DNA of 64,000 nt from Pocillopora damicornis (taxonomy: Eukaryota). How positions within the stretch are numbered: the stretch's first letter is position 1; the number at the start of each line of letters is the position of its first letter. The notes under the pieces were generated by a model. That model was not told the DNA's origin. It ran no database searches and worked only from the letters and a program-made list of their open reading frames with translations. Below are positions 32,000-42,401 of this stretch, one piece after another. Made by a program: the position numbers and the translations under genes. Location: the NCBI RefSeq assembly GCF_003704095.1, contig NW_020844494.1, positions 186,001 through 250,000 on the forward strand. The letters are read 5' to 3'.

Positions 32000-33038
32000 A
32001 TTGTTTTGACTCCAGGCCTCGCTCGTTCATAGAATCCCGCAGTGTTTGACAGGTTAGACAGGAAGTCAACCGAAACGAAACCGAAACGCGGGAAATTTTC
32101 ATTGATCAATAAATAATATCGTTTTCTGTCACATGATACACACGGGATCGTGGCGTAACCGGTATAAACACAAATTGAAACTGGAATTCCATGGAATTTG
32201 GCTCGGAATTCTTGTCCTTCAAGGTCATCAAACGGACCGAAGAGAATTCAGAATAGGTCAGGGAAGAATCAAAGGGCGGGTATTCAGCCAAACGATCGGA
32301 CTTTAGGTCCGATTTAAGTTTAGTAAAAGTTTCACATGCGAATTAGGCTCACTACGTATAAATAAACGATCGTACATTCATCTTCAACATGTCAACTTAT
32401 ACTTTATTATATTCATCGAAACAATATGACTTCCTTTGGACAAAAATTTTAACGATATGTACAAAATTTACAACATAATTCAAAAATTCAAATAGTTTGC
32501 ATCGAATTTTATATTTTAAATTTAGAACTATCATAAGGAATCGAAGAAAAAAATCAATATTCAGCCTTTGGTGGGCACCACCTACGTACAACGTCTCTCT
32601 CCTGAAAGAGTTCGTATTCAAAATAACTACGCTCTCTAGCTACATGACAATGTTCTAAAATCTACATAAAATCATCGACTTTTTCAACGGACACCAAAAA
32701 TATATTTTAACATTTAAATAACAAAAAACAATCACTCCAGAAAGAGCGCGTCCATATTCAATAATTCCTTTAGTAACGACATGTTTACAACATTTGCACT
32801 TCTTCGATCATTTCAAAAAACGAACAACTTTGAAAATTTATACATAGACTATGTTAACTTCTTAACTAAACCAAATATACGATTTAAGAGTTCTAGTAAT
32901 ATCAAAGTCTTTTGCCAGCGAAGGCGATCAACATCGCACGGTCTATCGATTCGTCAAATGCTTCTGTCCTTTCACATTTGTAAAATCGAAACGTAAACAA
33001 TGGAGCGCTTTCACAGCTGAGGTAGTTCGTCACGAACT

Positions 33039-33365
33039 TTATCTTCCCGCAAAACGAAAAGCTTGGAGCCACATCCTGTCTTTCTCACTCAGTGTTGAGA
33101 ACGTAGATGTACCAGAAAAGTTCGAAGCTCCTGAGATGGTCCTCGTTCGTTTCCTCCCTTTGGCTGGCCTTTGCCATGTGCTTGGCTCTTCAACGGACAT
33201 ACTGTCGATAGAGTCGATCGATTCTTGACTAGATGTTTGATAATCTGTACAAGAACAACTCCTTCCATTCCTCTGGCATCTCATCTTCTTTTTCCGGATC
33301 ACAATTGGAAAACAGCCTCCGATAAGGAAGAGAAAAGCGACCAGAATTTTACCAAGAAGAGACAT
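33039..33365 (-). CDS. Unknown 108-aa single-exon protein with N-terminal hydrophobic anchor, polybasic tract and C-terminal WLQAFRF motif (paralog A)
   Basis: Intact ORF with protein-level homology to ORF 42117-42401 at both termini. Confidence 0.7.
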   Translation of the reverse strand: MSLLGKILVAFLFLIGGCFPIVIRKKKMRCQRNGRSCSCTDYQTSSQESIDSIDSMSVEEPSTWQRPAKGRKRTRTISGASNFSGTSTFSTLSEKDRMWLQAFRFAGR

Positions 33366-33476
33366 CTCCTACGTCTAGAATTAATGCGTGGACGACTGAA
33401 TTGCTAATGAATTCGTCTACCTATTTGAATGGTAACTATACCGACCTTTGTACCAAAACAATAAGAATAGGACGCC

Positions 33477-33486
33477 ATGACGTCAT
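33477..33486. promoter_or_regulatory. Perfect CRE palindrome (ATGACGTCAT) ~110 bp upstream of small ORF A
   Basis: Direct reading; matches the CREB/ATF consensus TGACGTCA. Confidence 0.4.
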
Positions 33487-35358
33487 AACAAAATTACTTC
33501 TATGTAGGGTACAGTAAGTACCATTCTGACAAAAAGAAAATTGACGAGTCGCACGATTAAAATACCAAAAATGAACATTGCCTTATTCGTGAATACCTTA
33601 ATACCAAGTTGTTTTTGATGTATTGAATCTTTGATTTTTTTTTATCATGGCAATTTTCCTTCCTTGAAATAAAACCCTCGCTACACCTCCCCCGGTATGA
33701 AAATTTTTTTTACGCTAAATTTAACACTTTCCTTCGCGGGAACTCCGTGACAGTCTTGTGACAAGAGGTGCACATGTCGTGCTATTATTCCCTGCCTGTC
33801 ATGTGCGTGGATTACTCGCTTACATGGCAAAAACAAAATTTACCGGAGGTTACTTGAAAATGTCGAGCGAAGGGCATGAACTTGCGATTTTTTGAGCAAT
33901 AGTTAGATTAATGGGTGAAAATGTGCTCAGGTTCAGCTCTTTTTTTTTCTCTTTTTTTTTTCCAGTTTAATTCGCATTATTTCCATTCCAAGACTGCATC
34001 CTATTTGCCTCTGATCTATAGAGTTACAAAGCTTCGGCGGCTGCTAAAGGAATACCCTAAAAATATCTATTATGGTTGTTTTGATACCAGCGTTCTCCCA
34101 GGGTATTCCCGTGACTCGCAGAGTTCTGTCATAGGGTAGGCGATAAATTTTAAATTCGGGTGATGTAAAAATCAAGTGAAATTACACTTGCATTATTTGG
34201 GATGTTGTTTACTGACACGTCCTGGCGTGTAAGCCAAGCTTAGATTTCACTTCCTCCTATTTTCCTGTTTTTAGCTCCGATCACTTGATTGAAAAATATG
34301 ATGTACATTAAAGTGTTGATTTCACATGTATTTATTTCGATCTCTCGTTCGACGTCTTATTCAAACGATTCTAACATTTTTCCCATCGAAATCAATACAA
34401 TAATATGCCGAAAGCTTGTCTACGAGACAAGACTGAAACGTATACCTTACAGAAGGCACAAAGCCAGTATTATTTGAGAGATGAAGTTCCACAAGACGAC
34501 GATTGAATAAAAAAATTGAATTGGAGAAATGGGCTAAACTTGCTCTAATCAACTTCATCTTTACTCTCTTCTGTTTGATTATACATGTTTCTTTTTATCA
34601 CAAATATGCACTGCATAAGTAGCTTGCGTGCAAGTTAATGTAGAATGAAACGGGAAGAGGATTGAATTACGACTGGGTTTTGAGACGTACTAAAGACAGG
34701 GTTAAGGAAGGTCATGGAGTGAAAATACCTTTCGAAGGGTTATGTTGCAGAACAGAAATGTGCAACCGAAACTAATTCTCTCTTATTTCCCGTGAATCCG
34801 AACAGCATACTTCCATCTATTGTCACGCGTCACGCAAGTGGTTGTCTATCACAAGAGGAAACATCACTTAGCGACACCGAACAACTGCCGCGCAAGAGAC
34901 CAGCCACCAGTAAGCTACATACTTTAATTATGTTTTAAACAAATATTTTGGCACTTTTTCCTTGACGCTGATATCTGTGCGGAAACAAGCCAAAAAAGCA
35001 AGAGCTGAGAGAAACTCACACTATTCCAAACTCTGTAAAAAAAATTGAAAAAGTTATTATAAAATGGAACATCAAGAGAAATTGAAGATTTGCGTCACTA
35101 CCGCGTTCCAGGCATGCGCATCAAGAATGCACGATACAATCATGAGGAGGCTAAAAGGGAAGTGTGGCGGCGAGCACGCGCAGTGAATAGCCATTCATAT
35201 GTCATCAAAGGCACACTCAGCGGGCAAAAGTACACCCGTACCCTATCTACCATAAAGTTGAACTAACAATAGCCTTCCCGTAAGATATTAGTAGTAGGAA
35301 AAATTTACCAGAGACAAAGCGGACTTTCAAGAGGAAAAAAGATTGCAAAAGCTTTTAG

Positions 35359-38300
35359 ATGGCTACAGACGATCGTCAAATATCCGCGGGTCCAAGCGCC
35401 AATTCGAGCAGACTGGAAAATGAAGAACCTAACGTTCTACCCGCTCTGAGAGGCACAGAAAGTAATAATAATCTTAGGGGAGGGAGTCTGCCATTTGGCA
35501 TCTTTAGCCTGAATCAAGTTGACACAACAAACACTGCACCTCGCAGCTTTAGTGTCAGTGGCACCCGGGCCCGGGACACGCCCATCACCTTGGGCCTCTG
35601 CAGGGAAAATAAATCAGCTTTCGAAGATTTACCTGTCTTTCTAGGGAAGATTGGTCAAAATAAGGAAAATAGGTGAGCAAAGTTATGCAAATGGAAGTCG
35701 ATATCATCTGTAACGGAAAAGTTGTAAACAAAATGGTTCAGAGACGAGTCGACGGGAACAGAATGATTGTATAGGCTTCAACGACGAGGAAACTGCTGAT
35801 AACATTTTATAGACATAGCTTCACTCAGAACAACTATTATAGGCTAAACTTTATTGAGTTTAATTACCTCTTTAGAAAAAACGGATAAACTAATTTGACT
35901 GATTTGATTTCATGGATTTGACTCCCCACCTTCATCTTCTACCGAAGATGAAGGTGGGGAGGAAATAATTCCTATATTTCATGTTGGTTTAACATTCTAT
36001 TCTAACTCTTGAGCATAAATTACTCTATAACCTTTCCTTTCGTGTTCAATATTCTCTCCTTCCATAACTTTTTTCCATAGTGAGGGAGAATCTTCACGAC
36101 GCCCGAACGATGCGAATCTCAGTATTACCGAGTACGCATGCGAAAAAATAAAAAATGAAGATGATTCGTCGTCGACCAGGGACAGAAATGTATGGTAAAT
36201 TTTCAATGCTTGTAGAAATAAGACGTATAATAATTACTGGACGAGGTTTGATGGTACAAAGAAAGGAGTGCTTTGTCTCAGTTGAAGGGGTTATGGCAGA
36301 AATCAAATGCTTTCGTTCTTAATTAAATAATCTCTTCTGTTAAAATCTCAAATGGACACACGGTAACTCGGTTGTCTTCAGCTGTATACATAATTGAGTT
36401 CTCTTATTCAGTACCAGTTCGGTTCACATAGCTATTCGCGAAAAACCTTTCAGATACTTTTGACGGGAACCCTCTTCCAGACATGGACCCCTGCTGCGTC
36501 CAGAGTAGAGCCTGAAAAATCATTGTCCTCCAATTTAACCAGGTTTGTAAAATCGACAAGTTAGGAATTAAAAGGTCTTCTCTTTTGTGCCTTTTTTCAT
36601 GAAATTGTTTTGCTCACGATATTTTTTGCTGTTTGTGGTGGTAATTTTAAAATATTTGACGCTTTCTCCTACAAACGGTCAAAGTAGAAAGAGAGAGACT
36701 GGTTCTAAGGTGTTCGTAGCTGAGCTAGTGAAGATTCGACTGTGAATGTCTTTATCCTACATGATTTGATGGCTTGTAAGTTGTTATCGACCTTTCGGAA
36801 ACTGTAATTTTGAAGACAGTGGCAATTCGTAAAACAGGCAAAAAGCGGAGAGCGCCAAGAATCAGAAACTCATCGATTCCTTGAGACAGCTAGTAACAGA
36901 ACCAAGTTCAACAAAGAGACTGAACAAAAAAGAAGATGAAAGGAAAAAGGGAAGCCAGAACGAGAGCAACGAAACACTGGACACAATACTAAAGCAAACA
37001 GCCCATAGACAAACTGAAAAAGAAGTAGCTGACAACTCAAAAGAGCCGGAGGACAATGAGGACAACGCTTCTGAAAGCAGGGTAGGAACTATTGGGCTTT
37101 CTTTGATAACAAAGATTATGACCTCTAATGGTCGTTACTAAATAGTGATAGTTTCCCTACCGTGAAAATAATGATCAATGAAAAATTAGCAAACGCCAAA
37201 CGTGTGGTTTCGCTTTCTGACGTCTTCTGTGATCTTTACGTCTGATTTCCGAAAAATCACAAGGAAGATGTAGAAAATCTCTTTCGTTTCTAAATTTCAA
37301 GTAAGATTTTCTCCTCTTCCTCTTCCTCTTCCCCCTTCGTATTCTTTTTGTATTCACGCGCGGTAAAGAACCAATCGCAATGAGTGTATAAAATTTCAAG
37401 TTACAATTTTTCTCTTCCTCTCCCCCCTTTGTATTCTTTTTGTATTCACGCGCGGCAAAGAACCAATCGCAATGAGTGTATAAAATTTCAAGTTACAATT
37501 TTTCTCTTCCTCTCCCCCCTCTGTATTCTTTTTGTGTTCACGCGCGGCTAAGAACCATCCGCAATGAGTCTATAAAATTTCAAGTAACAATTTTTCTTTT
37601 CCTCTCCCCACTTTGTATTCTTTTTGTATTCACGCGCGGCTAAGAACCAATCGCAATGCTTTTATTAAATTACAAGTGACAATTTTTCTCCTCACCTCCC
37701 CGCTTTGTATTCTTTTTGTATTCACGCGCGGCAGTAATGGGCTCCTGCGCGCGGCTAAGAACCAATCGCTATGCGTGTATTAAATTTCAGCTGGCAATTT
37801 TTTTCCTCCTCTCCCCGCTTTGTATTCTTTTTGTATTCACGCGTGGCTAAGAGCCAATCGCAATGCGTATATAATTTAGCCTAATATATAAACCACGCTT
37901 GTAAATAAAAGCTCGATGAACTTCGTTTGGAAGAAAAGAAGTACAATTTGTTAACTTTAATAGCTGTATATGTCGCAAAATAATCGCACAGACTTCGTCG
38001 TAAAAGTCCACTTTTTAATCTTGTTGGCTTTTTATTCTACTGAATTGGGACACGGAAGTTTCAAGACAAACTAAAAGGAAATCACTTTTTAAACTTTTTG
38101 AGGAAATTAATTTCTTAGAGAATAATTTTTTGTTACCGCTATTCCCCTCCCTTCCTCGAAAGTTTATGTTTCCGCTTAAATCGGTTTGGGAGGACTAAGA
38201 AAGGTCTGTACTTGGAGGCAGATTCACAGTTTTGTGCTGTAAAAACCAGAGCCTTAGTCTCGCTTTTCTTTTCCACTTCCAGGAACGTTTAGATATAGTG

Positions 38301-39632
38301 GAATCCCTTTTGGAGTTTCCATTCTTACCTCTTCAAACCGACAGTCGCCGTAAATCATCCCCAGGGTCTTTGGAACCATCTTCTGCCCCCGCCCATCAAA
38401 CTGGTGCCTCTCGCCAGAGACATTTCTCTCTTGGAGGCGTACCACAATCCCCGTCTACTTCAGGACAGTCCGAAGCCCTTTCAGCTCCGAGAAGTTCCAA
38501 CGAGGCAACGAGGAGACGAAGCTCGCAATCGAGGAGGAGCTCCATAGCCGCATCGTTGGCAGGGCCTGGTGAGACTAAGAAAGGTGCGTTGGGATTAGGT
38601 ACGCTGGCAGCTTCTCTAGTGAAATGGAAAATAAATAGTGCGAGAAAAGTGATAAAGACGCAAGAGACCATTGCTAAGGTAAACTTTTACGTCGAGGTTA
38701 CCAGGAGCTCTCTCAACCTGGTTAAATAACCTAAAAAGTAAAGTATTTCTCTGATCAGAAGTTAACAAAACTATGCCAAAAGCTTCCTCATTCCCTTTTA
38801 AAATATACAACAGAGCCCTTGTAGTCTTTAAAATATCATTCAGCAGTTCACTTGTGGTATAAGGCCTCCTTGCCATGAGTTTAAGGTAAAAATGTAATCT
38901 CCTAAATGTTTTTTTTTTCAGGCAAGATAAAGTTTTTGAATTGTTTTTACAATTTCAGGATGCCAAGCACCAAGAATTTATGGATAGAGCAGCTGACCGA
39001 ATCAAAACTGAGGTAGGTGCTGGAGATTACTGATCAAATGGAAGCAATTAAAGGAAAAAATTGTATCATTCTCTGTGATTAAATGCATAAGAAATGATTG
39101 TTGTATTGTAGCAAATGCCTGACTGAAATATTATTATTTTAGCTTCCAAGGTCTTTATTAATCAGTATCCAGGAAGAGGCTTATCCTATTGTACTGAGAA
39201 CAGCTCAAGGTACTGGAAATTTTACCAGATATTACTAAAACATATTATCAAAAAAACATGCAGAATTCAAGTTCTATGCCAGCATATTGTGCCCTTTATC
39301 TGTAAAATGAGAGGTTTGGCATCTAGTCCCGACCACATACCCCTAAGGATGGCTGGAATTCAATTCCAGAGTACAATCTTGCCTGTCACATAGCTAAAAG
39401 AAAGGATTTGGAAATGTTGCATGATTTGAGTGTACATAACACTTACAAGTAACAACCTTTTTCACATACTTTTACATTTCAAGTTACTTTCTTAATGCAT
39501 AGGTTAATATTGTAAAATGAATTTGTTATTTTACAAGCTTATAGATCTCAGCTGGGAGCAAAACATAAGCTGACAGTTCAAGCTTCAGAACGACTGGCCG
39601 ACCTAATGCGAGACCTTACCAATCCTTACTAA
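35359..39632 (+). CDS. Uncharacterised, largely disordered protein (~8 exons) with a helical C-terminal domain resembling CatSper zeta (TEX40)
   Basis: Phase-compatible exons 35359-35672, 36081-~36189, ~36412-36543, 36838-37081, 38283-38678, 38959-39012, 39143-39209, 39538-39632. The C-terminus reads HQEFMDRAADRIKTELPRSLLISIQEEAYPIVLRTAQAYRSQLGAKHKLTVQASERLADLMRDLTNPY*. The middle exon boundaries are uncertain. Confidence 0.75.
35922..35961. repeat. Perfect 18-bp inverted repeat with 4-nt loop
   Basis: CTCCCCACCTTCATCTTC-TACC-GAAGATGAAGGTGGGGAG. Confidence 0.95.
37292..37875. repeat. ~92-bp tandem array x6 (intronic)
   Basis: Units start at ~37292, 37391, 37483, 37575, 37667 and 37782; most contain TTCACGCGCGG and AACCAATCGC, with minor variants. 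Confidence 0.92.
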
Positions 39633-39859
39633 TACAACTGTCAACAGTATCAACTTATCTCTTCTTTTAATAGAAAACTGTATGAAGAATTTTACTTAAT
39701 AAACCTTTATGTGTTTGATTGAAAAACTGTCCTGGTGTCCAAAATCTGCTTTAAACATCTGCTACTAAGTAGTTTTTGTTATTCAGGTTTTTTTTTCTTC
39801 TTACATTAGGCTTATATAGCATGGAGATACTTAACTCTCTCAAGACATACTAAAATCTG

Positions 39860-41131
39860 CTATCTCCAAATAAAATATTTTTTCTTATTGCTATAAACAA
39901 TTTCTCCTTTTGAATCACTAGTAAAAATATTAAATTCAAAAGTGACATTCATATGCCGTCTATATTTAGGATTTCGTCTCAAGGTGGCAGAACCTTCAAT
40001 AAAATTACCAACATGAACAGTCACTGGCTCTTCTAGTAGAAAAAGATTTTGTTTCCAGTGAGTTTGTTCTTGATCAGGTGCTGTTGACAGTATCACACAT
40101 TCTGATGTATCTGTGATGGGTATCCCTCCAAAAGTTACACTGAACCATGAACACAGCCCATGTAATGTACCTTCCTTACTAATCACAAACTCAAAATTTT
40201 CAGACATCAGTTCAAGATTTTCCTTCACAAACGTGGACATGTCAATATCCAAAAGAACTGCTCCTTGAGACAAGCAGTCCCTTGGGTCAAGCTCATGGTT
40301 ATGCAAAGGTCTGTTAAGAACTTCTGTCTTAGCTCTGTTAAGAAAAGGAGAAAAATCAAAACCATATTGATTGTTCCATGCAGTAACTTTCTCTTTATAA
40401 GCTTCTTCTGCACAACAAGGTACAACAAATAACTTTGCATTTGAAGGCCATATCACACCATCAGGCTTCAACCATCTGTCTCGTGCATACAGCACTGTGT
40501 CGATCATAAACTCGAAAACAAGGAAAGTACCCATCCACTCAGAGATAATAATGTCAACTTTCTCTGGTAACTCAATTTCTTCAATCTTTCCTGTGATAAC
40601 GGTGATTATCTTGTGTAAATCGTTTCTTTCAACGAGTTCTTTGGTCAGTTCCCCGATATCTACACTTCCATCCACAGCGTAAACTTTACTTGCCTTTCCA
40701 TCTTTAGCACAAAACAAGCTCAGAATCCCTGAACCACATCCAACATCTAAGACAGTTTTTCCAATGAAAACATCTCGATGCTTTTGGATGGCGTTTCGAT
40801 AAGCAAGAGTTCTTGGATGATCGCTTAACATCTCAAGGTGGATTTTCACTTTACCGTATGCGCCAAAGTACTCTTCATCCTGCCAATCGTGATTCTGTGT
40901 GTGCCGAGATAGGTACTCAGAAACAGGTACCACATAGGACACCGGAACATATCCACATATTTCATCTAGTTCGGCCCACCACCAAACACTGGAACTCTCG
41001 CTTAAAATAGTCATTTCGTCACCTTCGTTGAAGCTCAATTGAGTGTTATCTTCTGCGACGAAATCAGCCATTGCAACAACTAATTTTGGAGACTGTTTTT
41101 CTCTCTTATCCACATCGTTGTTAGCAGCCAT
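39860..41131 (-). CDS. PRMT2: Protein arginine N-methyltransferase 2 (SH3 + type I PRMT), intronless CDS
   Basis: N-terminal SH3 (AMADFVAEDNTQLSF...WWW...GYVP), motif I VLDVGCGSGILS, post-I VYAVD, double-E loop SEWMGTFLVFE, and THW loop. Confidence 0.95.
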   Translation of the reverse strand: MAANNDVDKREKQSPKLVVAMADFVAEDNTQLSFNEGDEMTILSESSSVWWWAELDEICGYVPVSYVVPVSEYLSRHTQNHDWQDEEYFGAYGKVKIHLEMLSDHPRTLAYRNAIQKHRDVFIGKTVLDVGCGSGILSLFCAKDGKASKVYAVDGSVDIGELTKELVERNDLHKIITVITGKIEEIELPEKVDIIISEWMGTFLVFEFMIDTVLYARDRWLKPDGVIWPSNAKLFVVPCCAEEAYKEKVTAWNNQYGFDFSPFLNRAKTEVLNRPLHNHELDPRDCLSQGAVLLDIDMSTFVKENLELMSENFEFVISKEGTLHGLCSWFSVTFGGIPITDTSECVILSTAPDQEQTHWKQNLFLLEEPVTVHVGNFIEGSATLRRNPKYRRHMNVTFEFNIFTSDSKGEIVYSNKKKYFIWR

Positions 41132-42116
41132 GTTGGCCGGGAAGAATGGTGATGAAGCGAACCAATCAACAAATCCCAGCGGTCATCATTACGGCTAACC
41201 AGTTCGGAGAGCTTTTCCTCTAATTTTATTTTTCCAGAAATGAAACTACTCTTGCCTTGCGGGCTTCAAAGCGAAATCTAAGGGCTCATTGACAGGTCTC
41301 CATGTAAAATTATGTGGCGAGAAATTGGCGAGCGCAAAAGTTTTAGCGAGAGGAAGGCGCCCTTGCCATGATCATTGCGTGACCTTATTCCCAGACCACT
41401 CTCGGCTTGCTAGCCCCTCTGAGGATTCTTCCCTATCACAGTTCAAAGGGTATCCATCTAAAGAAAATATGAAAAACAGCTTCCTATCATTAACGCCAAC
41501 TACTGTGCGCTCTTAGTCATTGTGACCTCCCAAAAGATTAATGCTAAAATGACAATACCTGACTAAGATATTATTTTGGATGTTTCAAACTCTTCTGTTC
41601 AACTTACTTAAAATGTATTGTGATACGTTATATGTACCGCCCCTTGGCAAAGCTAAGTAGCATGAATGTCACGTTTCTCTAAATCTATCTGCTGTGACTT
41701 TTGAGGAGAACTTTTCACGGATACATCCCTCGCGGAAATTTTGTAGCTATTTGACTACGTGTTACAGCATAAACTGAAAAGCCTGTGCTGTATGTATATT
41801 TAAATCCTAAAATAATAATAAATCAATTGGCCACCAGATTAAATGTTAAAAGCGGAATATCATATTTCGCGTTGATAATGTACCGATAACGTACGGCCTG
41901 GATAACATAAGTGTCAGTTTAAACTTAGATCATGCGGTAATGCTGTCAACAGAAAAACTTTGTCACATCACATGTGGGCGCATGGCCAAATTCACGCGAA
42001 AGTCAAATTGTAGCTCATTGTTGACTGGCTAGTACAAAGTATGATTGCCTGTACAAGGGTTTTATGTCGATTGCGCAGCATGTTTTATTGAGTAAAAACA
42101 AACAATCTGAGCAATT

Positions 42117-42401
42117 ATGAGAGCACCGGGAATTGTAGCTTTCTTGTTTCTCAGTGGATGTCTACAATTTTTGTTTCCAAGAAGACGACAGCGAACACAA
42201 AGAGGAAAGAGAGATTGTGCCATAGATGGAAGGAAAATAAGGAAAGTTCCCACCAACGAAACGTTTAGCAAATCACATGAATCGTCCGTTAGCCGTAAAG
42301 GAACGAAAAAACCATCCCGAGTTTCCCACTTCTGTGGACCGCAAAATCTGAACAGAGAAGATCAGCTGTGGTTACAAGCATACCGCTTTGGAGCGAGATA
42401 A
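42117..42401 (+). CDS. Unknown 94-aa single-exon protein with hydrophobic anchor, polybasic tract and C-terminal WLQAYRF motif (paralog B)
   Basis: Homologous to 33039-33365: VAFLFL-x-GC at the N-terminus and D-x-(L/M)WLQA(Y/F)RF at the C-terminus. Confidence 0.7.
   Translation: MRAPGIVAFLFLSGCLQFLFPRRRQRTQRGKRDCAIDGRKIRKVPTNETFSKSHESSVSRKGTKKPSRVSHFCGPQNLNREDQLWLQAYRFGAR

Noticed and set aside
29438-37875. Tandem arrays (27, 43 and 92 bp) as CRISPR-like arrays
   Set aside because: The units are contiguous with no unique spacers, there are no cas genes, and the context is eukaryotic.
42380-42401. Canonical RFamide neuropeptide precursor
   Set aside because: RFG is followed by Ala-Arg rather than a basic cleavage site, there is only one copy, and the paralog has RFAGR. 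Kept only as a weak hypothesis.
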